DNA from: Planctomycetota bacterium
Lineage (GTDB): Bacteria > Planctomycetota > SZUA-567 > H5-PLA8
NCBI GenBank assembly: GCA_038227875.1
Contig: JBBRPR010000051.1
Location: 1 to 64,000, forward strand
DNA length: 64,000 nt
Direction of reading: 5' to 3'
Positions 51,790-62,005 of this stretch are shown here, piece after piece. The notes beneath the pieces are model-generated. The model was not told the DNA's origin. It saw only the letters and a list, made by a program, of their open reading frames with translations, and ran no database searches. A program made the position numbers and the translations under genes. The first letter of the stretch is position 1, and every line of letters begins with the position of its first letter.

Positions 51790-54700
51790 TCACGCCGGAA
51801 CAGCGTGGGGAGATTGGGCGGACGGAGTGGAACTCGCCGCGGGTTCTTTTTTGCGGCTGCGAAGGCGGTCCATATAGATGTAGACCACCGGTGTCGTGAA
51901 GAGCGTCAGCGCCTGGCTCATTACCAATCCACCCACGATCGCAATGCCCAGCGGCTGGCGCAGTTCGGCGCCGGCGCCATGGCCGATCGCCAGCGGGAGC
52001 GCGCCGAGCAGCGCGGCCATCGTGGTCATGATGATCGGCCGGAAGCGCAGCAGGCAGGCTTCGCGGATCGCGGCCGCGGCATCGACATCCTTGTCACGCT
52101 CGGCTTCGAGCGCGAAGTCGATCATCATGATCGCGTTCTTTTTCACGATGCCGATGAGCAGGATGATGCCGATCATGCCCATGACATCCAGCGGGAAACC
52201 AAAGGCGATCAGCGCCAGCAGTGCACCGATACCGGCCGAGGGAATGGTGGAGAGAATCGTGATCGGGTGGATCAGGCTTTCGTACAGCACGCCGAGAATA
52301 ATGTAGATGGCGACCACCGACATCAGGACCAGCCAGAGGCTCGACCCGATGGAATCCTGGAACGCGGCGGCGCTGCCGGCAAAGTTGGCGCGGATGCCGG
52401 GTGACGGATTCAAATCCCGGAATGCCTTTTCAATCTTGTCGGAGGCTACACCCAACGCGATACCGGGATTCAGTCCAAAGGAGATGGTGACCGATGGAAA
52501 CTGCCCCTGGTGGTTGATGGATAACGGCTGCGAACGGCGTTCAAGTTTCGCGACATTGCGCAGTGGAATCTGCTTGCCATTGGGGCCGCGCACGTAGATG
52601 TGTTCCAGCGCCGAAGGATCCTTCTGCAGCAGCGGATTGACCTCAAGCACGACGCGGAGCTGGTCCAGCGGCCGGTACATGATCGCCACCTGCCGCTGCC
52701 CGAACGCGTCGTAAAGCGCGGCATCGATATCCGTCGCGGTAACGCCCAGCTGCGACGCGGCATCACGGTCGATGGTCAAAAACGCCTCCAGCCCGCCCTG
52801 TTCCTGGTCGGTGGTGACGCCTTGTAGTTCTTTCATCGATTTCATCTTGTCGATCAGCCTGGGCGTAAACGCGCTCAGTTCGTTCACGTCAATGTCTGAA
52901 AGTGTGTACTGATATTGAGACTTGCTCGCGCGGCCACCGACGCTCAGGTCCTGCACGGGATTTAAGAACAAGTTGATGCCACGCACCGATTTTGCTGATT
53001 CCAGCAGCGCGTTTTTCACTTCATCGACGGTGTGCTTGCGTTCGGGAAGGGGTTTCAGGTCGATAAAGAGTTTGCCATTGTTGGAGAGCGCGTTGAAGCC
53101 CGAGGCGCCGACTGACGAACTGAAATTCGCGACGTCAGGATTCTGCAGCAGAACCTCGGCCAGCTTGCGCTGGCGCACGGCCATCTGTTGAAAGGAGATG
53201 TCCGCGGGTGATTGGGTCGTGCCCTGCATACGACCGGTGTCTTGCTGCGGAAACAGACCCTTCGGAACAATGATGTAGAGGTAGACCGTCAGGCCCAGCG
53301 TCCCCAGCGTTACCAACAGCGTGATAAACTTGAAGCGGAGGACGATGTCGAGGAGATACCCGTACAGATTGGTGATGCCATTGAGCGCACCTTCGGTAAT
53401 CCGTTCAAACCAGTTCAGGCGCTCCGGTTCACCTTTCGGATGCGCGCGCGCGAGGTACGCGCAGATCATCGGCGTTCCCGTCAGCGAGACGACGGCAGAG
53501 ACGGCGATGGCGATGCTCAGCGTCACCGCGAATTCGTGGAACAGCCGCCCGATGATCCCGCCCATGAACAGCAGCGGAATAAAGACGGCGATGAGCGAAA
53601 TACTGATCGAGACGACGGTAAAGCCGATCTGCCGCGCTCCGGTGATCGCCGCCTGCATCGGCGTGTCGCCGGCTTCGTGGCGGCGCGTCACGTTTTCGAT
53701 CATCACGATCGCATCGTCGACGACGAAACCGACGGCCACCGTCAGGGCCATCAGCGAGAGATTGTCGATGGTGTAATCGCAGAGGTACATACCGGCGAAA
53801 GTGCCGGCCAGCGAGAGCGGCACCGTCGACGCGGCGGCAAAGGTGCTCCACCCGCGGCGCAGAAATAGAAATACAATTCCGATCACCAGCGCAATGGTGA
53901 GGAGCATGGTGAACTGAACATCGTCCACCGACGCGCGGATCGTCGAGGTGCGGTCGCTCAAGACGGAGAGCTTGATCGCACTGGGCATCCACTTTTCGAG
54001 CTGTGGCTGGAGCGCTTTGACCGCGTCGACCGTATCGATCACGTTGGCGTTGGGCTGCTTGAAAATAATCACGAGCACGGCTTTGTCATTGTTGAACCAC
54101 GCAATCTGTCGCGCGTCAACGGCGCCATCGATGACGTTGGCGATGGAATCCAGGCGCACCACTGCGCCGTTTTTGGAGCGGACAATGATCGGGCGGTACT
54201 GCTCCGCGGAGTAGAGCTGGTCGTTGGTTTCAATCATGTACGCGGAATCTGCACCATCGACCAGTCCTTCGGGGCCGCGCGCATCGGCGCTGGTGATCGA
54301 CGTCCGCACGTCTTCCATGGACAGGCCCATCGAGGCCAGCTGAGTGGGATTGACCTGCACTCGCACGGCCGGTTTCTGCGCGCCGCTGATAAACACCTGC
54401 GCAATGCCGGGAATCTGGGAGATGCGCTGTGCCAGGATGGTCGACGCCGCTTCGTAGATGTCAGCCGGCGCGAGTGTCGGAGACGTCAGCGCAAGAATCA
54501 GGATCGGCGCCTGGGAAGGATTTGATTTGCGGTACGTCGGCGGGTTGGGCAGATTCGCGGGCAGTTCGCCGCGCGCGGCGGTGATCGCGGCCTGAATATC
54601 GCGCGCGGCCAGATCGACATTACGGTCGAGTGCGAACTGGATAGTCACGCTGCAAGAGCCCAGTCCGCTGACGCTGGTCAGTTCGGAGACCCCGGCGATC

Positions 54701-54942
54701 TGGCCGAAGCGGCGTTCCAGCGGCGCGGCGACGGACGAGGCCATCGTCTGCGGATCGGCGCCGGGCAGTGTGGCGGTGACGGAGATTGTCGGGAAATCAA
54801 TGCGCGGCAGCGCCGAGACGGGAAGAATAAAGTACGCCACGCCGCCGACAAGCATGATCGCCACCATCAGCAGCGAAGTGCCGGCCGGTCGCCGGATGAA
54901 CGGCTCTGAGATGCCGCCGGTCGCTTGCGCCGCCTTGTTCAT
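51790..54942 (-). CDS. mdtC: RND efflux permease, MdtC-like
   Basis: PFIRRP, GFVVDDAIVMIEN, GIVKKNAIMMIDFAL, RFRPIIMTT; second of a tandem permease pair. Confidence 0.88.
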   Translation of the reverse strand: MNKAAQATGGISEPFIRRPAGTSLLMVAIMLVGGVAYFILPVSALPRIDFPTISVTATLPGADPQTMASSVAAPLERRFGQIAGVSELTSVSGLGSCSVTIQFALDRNVDLAARDIQAAITAARGELPANLPNPPTYRKSNPSQAPILILALTSPTLAPADIYEAASTILAQRISQIPGIAQVFISGAQKPAVRVQVNPTQLASMGLSMEDVRTSITSADARGPEGLVDGADSAYMIETNDQLYSAEQYRPIIVRSKNGAVVRLDSIANVIDGAVDARQIAWFNNDKAVLVIIFKQPNANVIDTVDAVKALQPQLEKWMPSAIKLSVLSDRTSTIRASVDDVQFTMLLTIALVIGIVFLFLRRGWSTFAAASTVPLSLAGTFAGMYLCDYTIDNLSLMALTVAVGFVVDDAIVMIENVTRRHEAGDTPMQAAITGARQIGFTVVSISISLIAVFIPLLFMGGIIGRLFHEFAVTLSIAIAVSAVVSLTGTPMICAYLARAHPKGEPERLNWFERITEGALNGITNLYGYLLDIVLRFKFITLLVTLGTLGLTVYLYIIVPKGLFPQQDTGRMQGTTQSPADISFQQMAVRQRKLAEVLLQNPDVANFSSSVGASGFNALSNNGKLFIDLKPLPERKHTVDEVKNALLESAKSVRGINLFLNPVQDLSVGGRASKSQYQYTLSDIDVNELSAFTPRLIDKMKSMKELQGVTTDQEQGGLEAFLTIDRDAASQLGVTATDIDAALYDAFGQRQVAIMYRPLDQLRVVLEVNPLLQKDPSALEHIYVRGPNGKQIPLRNVAKLERRSQPLSINHQGQFPSVTISFGLNPGIALGVASDKIEKAFRDLNPSPGIRANFAGSAAAFQDSIGSSLWLVLMSVVAIYIILGVLYESLIHPITILSTIPSAGIGALLALIAFGFPLDVMGMIGIILLIGIVKKNAIMMIDFALEAERDKDVDAAAAIREACLLRFRPIIMTTMAALLGALPLAIGHGAGAELRQPLGIAIVGGLVMSQALTLFTTPVVYIYMDRLRSRKKEPAASSTPSAQSPHAVPA

Positions 54943-57900
54943 TTGTGCACCGGTTGCAGCTCCGGCCGTGCCGCCGGCGTGTGCGATCCCGATGTCGGTA
55001 TCGGAGATTGCGCCGCCGCCGGTGGGGGGGACGGAGGTGCGGGAGGAGCGTCTGGCGGCCGCGGCGGTTCGTGCGCTTCACCGCGTCCCAGCAGCGCCTT
55101 CACACGCGTGCTGATCGAGTCCATCATCAGGTAGATCACGGGAGTCGTATAGAGTGTCAGCACCTGGCTCAGGACCAGGCCGCCGATGATCGCAATGCCC
55201 AGCGGGCGGCGCAGTTCAGAGCCCGGGCCGGTGCCCACCGCCAGCGGCACGGCGCCCAGCAGCGCGGCCATGGTGGTCATCATGATCGGCCGGAAGCGCA
55301 GCAGACAGGCCTTGTAAATCGATTCTTCAGGCGGTTGATGTTCTTCGCGTTCGGCTTCGAGCGCGAAGTCGATCATCATGATCGCGTTCTTCTTGACGAT
55401 GCCGATCAACAGCACGATGGCGATAATGCCGATGATTGAGAGATCATAGCCGCACATCCGCAGCGCCAGCAGCGCGCCGATGCCCGCCGAGGGCAGCGTG
55501 GAAAGAATGGTGATCGGATGGATCAGACTTTCATACAGGACACCGAGAACGATGTAGACGGCGATGATCGCGGCGAGAATCAAATACGGTTCGCCCGCCA
55601 GCGAGGTCTGGAATTCCGCCGCTTCGCCGGCAAACGAACCTTCGACGGTATCGGGCATGCCGATCGAGGCTTCGGCCTCCTTCATCGCCTTGACCGCGTC
55701 GCTGAGCGATTCGCCGGGGCGCAGATTGAACGAGACGGTCACGGCTGAAAATTGCGCCTGATGATTGATCGCCAGCGGCGCGGTGCGGCGCTCAAGTTTC
55801 GCGATCGAGGAGAGGCGCACTTGCTGGCCGGTGGTCGACGGTACGAACAGATTCTCAAGGCTGCTGGGGTCGAGCTGGAAATCCGGCGACGCTTCCAGCA
55901 CGACGTGGTACTGGTTCAACTGCGAATACAGCGTCGAGACCTGGCGCTGGCCGAAGGCGTCGTAGAGCGTGTCGTCGATCGTTTGCGGCAGCACGTTCAA
56001 GCGTGAAGCCTGATCGCGGTCGATGGTCAGGTGCGCCAGCAGGCCACCGGTGACCTGATCGCTGGTCACGCCCTGCAGGATCGGGACGGTCTTGAGCTTC
56101 GCCACCAGCTCCGGGGCCCACTGTGCGAGCTCCTCCTGGTTGGCGTCGACGAGTGTGTACTGGTACTGCGTGCGGCTGGCGCGCGCGCCGATCTGAATGT
56201 CCTGGACGAGCTGATAACTGGTGGCGATGCCTTCGATCGGACGCGTGATTTCGCGCATCCGGGTGATGATCTCCATGGCGGAGCTTTTCCGCTCGTCGTG
56301 GGGCTTGAGTACGATGGTGATGTGCCCGGAGTTGGGCGTGGTGTTGATCGTGCCCGCTCCGATGAAACTGTCGACTCCGGCGACGTCCGGATCTTTCTGC
56401 AGCAGATCGGCTACCTGGTTCTGGAGCTTGGTCATCGCCGCAAACGAGATGCTCTGATCGGCGTCGGTCGTGGCAATAATCAAGCCTGTGTCCTGCTGTG
56501 GCAGGAAGCCTTTCGGCACGACGATATAAAGGTAGGCCGTGAGCACGAACGTTCCCAACGCAACCAGCAGCGTCAGATTCTGGTGACGCAGCACGATCTT
56601 CAACGACCAGTCGTAGAGATTGAGCACCCACTGAAAAATCGATTCGGTGAAGCGATAAAACGCGCCGCCGGATTTTTCGCCGTGCTTTTCTGCTTTCAGC
56701 AGCTTGCTGCACATCATCGGTGTCAGCGTCAGCGAGACGATGGCCGAGACGATGATCGCGTAGGTCAGCGTCATCGCAAATTCACGGAACAGGCGGCCGA
56801 TAATGCCGCTCATGAACAGCAACGGAATGAACACCGCGATCAGCGAGACGGTCAGCGAAACGACCGTGAAGCCGATCTGCTTCGCCCCTTTGTACGCGGC
56901 TTCGAGCGGCGGTTCGCCCAGTTCGATGAAGCGGACGATGTTTTCGATCATCACGATCGCGTCGTCGACCACAAAGCCCGCGGCGATGGTCAGAGCCATC
57001 ATCGATAGATTGTCGAGGCTGTAGCCGGTCAATGCCATGACGCCGAACGTGCCGATGATCGAGAGCGGCAGCGCCACGCCGGGGATCACTGTCGCCCAGA
57101 GTTTGCCGAGGAAGACGAAGATCACGAGCACCACGAGGATGACGGTGAGCACCAGCGTAAATTCCACGTCGGCGACCGAGGCGCGGATGGTTTCCGTGCG
57201 GTCGGCCAGCACGCCGAGTTTCACGCCGCTGGGAATCGAGCGTTGCAGGCTGGGCAACAGGCCTTTAATACGGTCGACGGTGTCGATGATGTTCGCGCCG
57301 GGCTGGCGTTGGATGTCGACAATCACCGCCGGCTTGCCGTCAAACCACGCGGCGGTCTTCATGTCTTCGACACCGTTGATCGCGGTGCCGACATCGGAGA
57401 GGCGCACCGGGCTGCCGTTGCGGTAGGCGAAGATCACCGACTTGTACGCCTCGGCCGACGGCAGCTGATCGTTGGCGTTGATCACATACGATTGCGCCGG
57501 TCCATCGAAACTTCCTTTGGGCTGATTGACGCTGGTTTTGCCCAGCGCCGCGCGCACGTCTTCGAAGCCCAACTGATACGACGCCAGGCGCTTGGGATCG
57601 ATCTGGATGCGCACGGCCGGCTTCTGACCGCCCTGGATGGTGACCAGGCCGACGCCGAGCACTTCCGAGAGACGCTGCTTTAAAATCGTATCGGCCGCGT
57701 CATCGACCTTGGTGATCGGCAGCGTGTCGGAGGTGAGCACCAGGGTGATGATCGGCTGGTCGGCGGGATTGACCTTCGCGTACACGGGCGGGTACGGGAG
57801 GTCCTTGGGCAGCACGCCGCCGGCGGCATTGATCGCGGCTTGAACGTCTTCGGCGGCCGCGTCGATGTCGCGCTGCAAATCAAACTGCAACGTAATCTGG

Positions 57901-58166
57901 CTGATGCCGAAGGAACTCGTCGACGTCATCGACGTCAATCCCGAGATCTGGCCGAACTGCTGTTCCAGCGGTGTGGTGATCAGCGAGGCGGTGGTGTCGG
58001 GCGACGCGCCGGGCAATTGCGTGGTGATGCGCAGCGTGGGGAAATCGACTTCCGGCAAGGCGGCTTTGGGCAGCGAGGTGTAGCCGAGGATGCCCGTCAG
58101 CAGGACGGCAATGGAGAGCAGGGAAGTCGCGACGGGCCGTGAGATGAATGGCGCGGAAACATTCAT
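54939..58166 (-). CDS. mdtB: RND efflux permease, MdtB-like
   Basis: PFISRPVAT, KVNPAD, same RND motifs; first of the pair. Confidence 0.88.
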   Translation of the reverse strand: MNVSAPFISRPVATSLLSIAVLLTGILGYTSLPKAALPEVDFPTLRITTQLPGASPDTTASLITTPLEQQFGQISGLTSMTSTSSFGISQITLQFDLQRDIDAAAEDVQAAINAAGGVLPKDLPYPPVYAKVNPADQPIITLVLTSDTLPITKVDDAADTILKQRLSEVLGVGLVTIQGGQKPAVRIQIDPKRLASYQLGFEDVRAALGKTSVNQPKGSFDGPAQSYVINANDQLPSAEAYKSVIFAYRNGSPVRLSDVGTAINGVEDMKTAAWFDGKPAVIVDIQRQPGANIIDTVDRIKGLLPSLQRSIPSGVKLGVLADRTETIRASVADVEFTLVLTVILVVLVIFVFLGKLWATVIPGVALPLSIIGTFGVMALTGYSLDNLSMMALTIAAGFVVDDAIVMIENIVRFIELGEPPLEAAYKGAKQIGFTVVSLTVSLIAVFIPLLFMSGIIGRLFREFAMTLTYAIIVSAIVSLTLTPMMCSKLLKAEKHGEKSGGAFYRFTESIFQWVLNLYDWSLKIVLRHQNLTLLVALGTFVLTAYLYIVVPKGFLPQQDTGLIIATTDADQSISFAAMTKLQNQVADLLQKDPDVAGVDSFIGAGTINTTPNSGHITIVLKPHDERKSSAMEIITRMREITRPIEGIATSYQLVQDIQIGARASRTQYQYTLVDANQEELAQWAPELVAKLKTVPILQGVTSDQVTGGLLAHLTIDRDQASRLNVLPQTIDDTLYDAFGQRQVSTLYSQLNQYHVVLEASPDFQLDPSSLENLFVPSTTGQQVRLSSIAKLERRTAPLAINHQAQFSAVTVSFNLRPGESLSDAVKAMKEAEASIGMPDTVEGSFAGEAAEFQTSLAGEPYLILAAIIAVYIVLGVLYESLIHPITILSTLPSAGIGALLALRMCGYDLSIIGIIAIVLLIGIVKKNAIMMIDFALEAEREEHQPPEESIYKACLLRFRPIMMTTMAALLGAVPLAVGTGPGSELRRPLGIAIIGGLVLSQVLTLYTTPVIYLMMDSISTRVKALLGRGEAHEPPRPPDAPPAPPSPPPAAAQSPIPTSGSHTPAARPELQPVHK

Positions 58167-59590
58167 TTCGCGTCTCCGCTCTTTTCAGCGGGCGCATCCT
58201 TATGCTGTTTCTCGGACTTCTCGGCTTTTTCGGACTTCTCTGCTTTATCTTTCTTCTCCGTTTCCTTCTCGCCCTTTTTCTTCGACGCTTGGACATTTAC
58301 CTTCGAGCCGGATTTCAAACGGTCCTGGCCGGTCAGCACCACAGAATCGCCGGGGTTAAGGCCGCTTTCGATGAGGGCTTCGCCATCCTGGATCAGTGCG
58401 ACCTTGACGGGCTGCGGCTCGACCGCGTCGTCCTTGATCAGGAAGACATAGTTGCCATCCGGTCCCTGCTGCACGGCAGGTGCGGCGATGACCACGGACT
58501 TGGTCCGCGTCTCCAGCAGCAGCCGCACGTTTACGAATCCGCCCGGCCAGAGCTTGAGCGCGGGGTTGGGAAAGGTGGCTTTAAGTTTAATCGTGCCGGT
58601 GGTCGGATCGATCTGATTGTCGACGAGCAACAATTCGCCTGTGTCCAGCAGTGCCGAACCGTTGGGATCGACGGCCAGCGCCGAAAGTTTGCTGGTTAAC
58701 ATGCGCGCATTGATTTTCTGCAGATCCTGCTGCGGCAGCGCGAAGATCACGGAGATCGGCTGCAACTGCGAGACGACGACCAGTCCATTCACATCATTGG
58801 TGTGGACGACGTTGCCTTCATCGACCAGGCGGATGCCGACGCGCCCATCGAGCGGCGAGGTGATATTGGTGTAGGCCAACTGGGTCTGCGCGAATTTGAT
58901 GTTGGCCTCATCGGCGAGAACCGTGGCTTCGTCGGCCTGGATCGCAGCCTCATCGGCTTGCACAGCGGCTTCGTCCGCGAGAATCGAGGCCTGGTCGCCT
59001 TCGATCGTGGCCGTCAGCGTCGCCACGAGCGTCCGCGCGTCGTCGACGCTCTGCTTGGTCACCGCGTTGGCGGCGAGCGTGTCGGAGTAGCGCTGGAACG
59101 TCACTTTGGCGTTGGACAGGCTGGCTTCGTCCTGCACTTGCTTGGCCTGATCCTGCTTGACCTTGGCCTGATCCTGGCGGACTTTGGCATGGTCCTGAAC
59201 GACCTTCGCTTCATCCTGTTTCTTGCGCGCTTGCGTCTGTTCAAGTTGAGCCTGCAACGGCTGCGGATCGATCTGCGCGAGCAAGTCGCCTTTCTTCACG
59301 GCCTGTCCTTCCGTGAAGGCAATCTTCATGATCTGGCCGTCGACCTGCGTACGCACCGTCACGGAAGCAAAGGCCTGCACGTTTCCAAGCGCATCAAGAT
59401 AGATCGGGATGTCCTTCTGCATCACCGGGGTGGCCGAAACCGGCACCGGCGCGCCTGGACCCTTGCCGCCCGCGGCACCCGGCTTGTCCGCTTGTCCTTG
59501 CGTGGTCGCCGCTTTTGCGCGCCCCCAGGCGTACAGGCCGCCGGCACCCGCGCAGGTCAGCAGAAAAAGTACAATGATGATTCGACGCAT
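58163..59590 (-). CDS. mdtA: RND periplasmic adaptor, MdtA-like, with extended alpha-hairpin
   Basis: N-terminal TM, VRTQVDGQ, ITSPLDGRVGIRLVDEGN, DNQIDPTTGTIKLKA, LWPGGFVNV. Confidence 0.9.
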   Translation of the reverse strand: MRRIIIVLFLLTCAGAGGLYAWGRAKAATTQGQADKPGAAGGKGPGAPVPVSATPVMQKDIPIYLDALGNVQAFASVTVRTQVDGQIMKIAFTEGQAVKKGDLLAQIDPQPLQAQLEQTQARKKQDEAKVVQDHAKVRQDQAKVKQDQAKQVQDEASLSNAKVTFQRYSDTLAANAVTKQSVDDARTLVATLTATIEGDQASILADEAAVQADEAAIQADEATVLADEANIKFAQTQLAYTNITSPLDGRVGIRLVDEGNVVHTNDVNGLVVVSQLQPISVIFALPQQDLQKINARMLTSKLSALAVDPNGSALLDTGELLLVDNQIDPTTGTIKLKATFPNPALKLWPGGFVNVRLLLETRTKSVVIAAPAVQQGPDGNYVFLIKDDAVEPQPVKVALIQDGEALIESGLNPGDSVVLTGQDRLKSGSKVNVQASKKKGEKETEKKDKAEKSEKAEKSEKQHKDAPAEKSGDAK

Positions 59591-59808
59591 TCGTTCCCCG
59601 TTGCATGTTTTCAAACCGCATCGCGGTTCGTCAGTCAGCTCACAATTATCCAGCCAATATTGAGATCGCATGTCGTGCGGCCACGTCGCGGCCACGACAC
59701 TGTAATAGTGCCCAACGTGAGGTTTCCTATTCCCGAGATTATCGATAAAGCTGAAGCTTGTAAATCATTCAGCTGAAATAACTTAGATGATCATGATAAT
59801 GCTTTATG

Positions 59809-61965
59809 CTAGCCCCGCTTCATCAGTCCGCGGACGGAGGTCACCAGCGCCGCTGGATCGATGGGTTTGGGCATGTGTGCATGAAATCCGGCCGCCAGCG
59901 CCGTCGCTTTATCTTCGTCCCGGGCGTAGGCAGTCAACGCCAGCGCCGGCAGCGTCGCGTAGGTCCCGTCCTGCGCGCGAATGCGCTTGATCAGGTTGTA
60001 GCCATCGAGCCCGGCCATTCCGATGTCGCTGACGACGAGATCGGGCTTGCAGCGATCAAGGCGTTCCATGGCTTCATGCGCCGACGCGGCTTCGAAGACT
60101 TGCGCGCCCTGTTGTTCGAAGATTTTCGAAAGCAAATCGCGCGTATCGGGTTCGTCGTCGACGACCAGAATCTGCAGGCCTTCCAGACAGCGCGCGGGCG
60201 TATCGGACGGTTTGCGGATGCTGATGCTCGAATCGCGGTGCACCAGTTTGCGCGATTTCAAGGCCGGGAGCGTCACTGCGAACGTCGCGCCCTTTCCTTC
60301 TCCGGCACTTTCGGCGTTCACCGTTCCGCCGTGCAGTTCGACGAGGTGGCGCACGATTGCCAACCCGATGCCCAATCCGCCAAACGCGCGCGTGGTGGAA
60401 CTGTCGGCCTGGCGGAAGCGGTCGAACACAAACGGGAGAAATTTGGGGCTGATGCCGCGGCCGGAATCCTGGATTTCAATGCAGATGCTATTCTGAACCA
60501 TGGAAGCGCGGACTTGGATCGATCCGGATTGTGGCGTGAACTTGATCGCGTTGGAGAGCAGATTCCAGATTACCTGCTGCATGCGCTCACTGTCGGCGTT
60601 GAGCACGATCGGCTCAAGGTTGAACGACTTTTCGATGGTGAGACTTTTGGCTTCGGCGGCGGGTCGCAGCGCATCGATGCTGTTTTCCAGCAGGGAATTG
60701 AGGTCGACGGGGCGGATATTCAACCGCAGCTTGCCGGTGATGATGCGCGACACGTCGAGGAGATCTTCGATCAGCTTCGCCTGCGCGCGGGCGTTGCGTT
60801 CGATGATTTCCAGCGCGTGGGACATCGATTCCTTGTCAAAGGTGTCGTTGCGCAGCATACGCGTCCAGCCCAGGATTGGGGTGAGCGGCGTACGCAATTC
60901 GTGGGAGACGACGGCGAGGAAATCGTCCTTCATGCGGTTGGCCTGCTGCGCTTCGTTGTAGAGGCGCGCGTTGTCGATGGCGATGGCGGCGCGGCGGCCC
61001 AGGTCCTCGGCCAGGGTCAGGTCCTTCTGCGTCAGCCGCCTCCCCGAATCACCGGTGACGAACGTCAGCGCACCCAGGGTGCGTTCGCGCGCGCGCAGGG
61101 GCACAATCATGTACGATTTCAAGCCCAGTTGGCGGACGATCTCGCGAGCGTCGGGCTGCACCATGGCGGAGTTCAGCAGCTCGTCGGTAATCTCCGAAAC
61201 GAGCACGGATGTTCCCGTGCGAATCACTGTCGGCAATGGATCGTTGGACGAAGGCCGATAACTGTTGCAGGCATTTCGCGCAATCTCGGTTTTAGCCGGA
61301 TCTTTATGCGCCACGGCCAGGCACTGCAGCTCGCCATCATCCTTGACTATGGTGACGGCGCAAAAATCGCTGACTTCCGGCACGGTCAGCTGCGCCACGC
61401 GTTGCAGCGTGGCTTCGTATTCCAGGGACGAGGTGAGCAGGCGGCTGGCTTCCGCCAGAAATGCCGCGCGGCGTTCGCCTTCCTCGGCTGCGTGGCGCGC
61501 GGCTTCGGCGGCCACGCGGGCCATCTGTTCCTGCATCAGCTGCACGCGCTCTTCGGCGCGCTGCCGGACTTCCTCGGTCTTCTTGTACAGTTCGACAAAG
61601 ACGGAGACTTTCGCCTTGAGCACTTCCGGCACCACCGGCGCCATGATGTAGTCAACGGCACCCAGCGTATAGGCGCGGGCCTTGTGCACGTCGGCGTCAT
61701 AAAACGACGTGATGAAAATGATCGGCGTGTGCTGCGAGGTTTCCCGCTTCCGGACCAGTTCCGCCGTTTCGAAGCCGTCCATCACCGGCATGTTGACGTC
61801 GAGCAGGATCAGCGCGAAGGATTGATTCATCAGACAGCGCAACGCGTCCTTGCCCGAATGGGCGGTAATGACTTCGCCCAGGTCCGCGACGATGGAGCCG
61901 ATCGCCATCGCCTTGTCGGGCTTGTCGTCGACCACGAGGATTCGAACGTTTTCCTGGCTCTGCAT
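59809..61965 (-). CDS. Hybrid histidine kinase (REC-GAF-HisKA-HATPase-REC)
   Basis: LLDVNMP, GAF (LAEDLGRRAAIAIDNARLY), SHELRTPL, GGLGIGL, VSDIGM. Confidence 0.95.
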   Translation of the reverse strand: MQSQENVRILVVDDKPDKAMAIGSIVADLGEVITAHSGKDALRCLMNQSFALILLDVNMPVMDGFETAELVRKRETSQHTPIIFITSFYDADVHKARAYTLGAVDYIMAPVVPEVLKAKVSVFVELYKKTEEVRQRAEERVQLMQEQMARVAAEAARHAAEEGERRAAFLAEASRLLTSSLEYEATLQRVAQLTVPEVSDFCAVTIVKDDGELQCLAVAHKDPAKTEIARNACNSYRPSSNDPLPTVIRTGTSVLVSEITDELLNSAMVQPDAREIVRQLGLKSYMIVPLRARERTLGALTFVTGDSGRRLTQKDLTLAEDLGRRAAIAIDNARLYNEAQQANRMKDDFLAVVSHELRTPLTPILGWTRMLRNDTFDKESMSHALEIIERNARAQAKLIEDLLDVSRIITGKLRLNIRPVDLNSLLENSIDALRPAAEAKSLTIEKSFNLEPIVLNADSERMQQVIWNLLSNAIKFTPQSGSIQVRASMVQNSICIEIQDSGRGISPKFLPFVFDRFRQADSSTTRAFGGLGIGLAIVRHLVELHGGTVNAESAGEGKGATFAVTLPALKSRKLVHRDSSISIRKPSDTPARCLEGLQILVVDDEPDTRDLLSKIFEQQGAQVFEAASAHEAMERLDRCKPDLVVSDIGMAGLDGYNLIKRIRAQDGTYATLPALALTAYARDEDKATALAAGFHAHMPKPIDPAALVTSVRGLMKRG

Positions 61966-62005
61966 GACTACTCGCTCTCTGTGCGTGTGCGGTATCCCGG
62001 CTGCG

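Noticed and set aside
59671..59699. GCGGCCACG direct repeat within a TGTCGTG/CACGACA palindrome upstream of mdtA
   Set aside because: Could be an operator, but it is too short and GC-rich to distinguish from chance without comparative data
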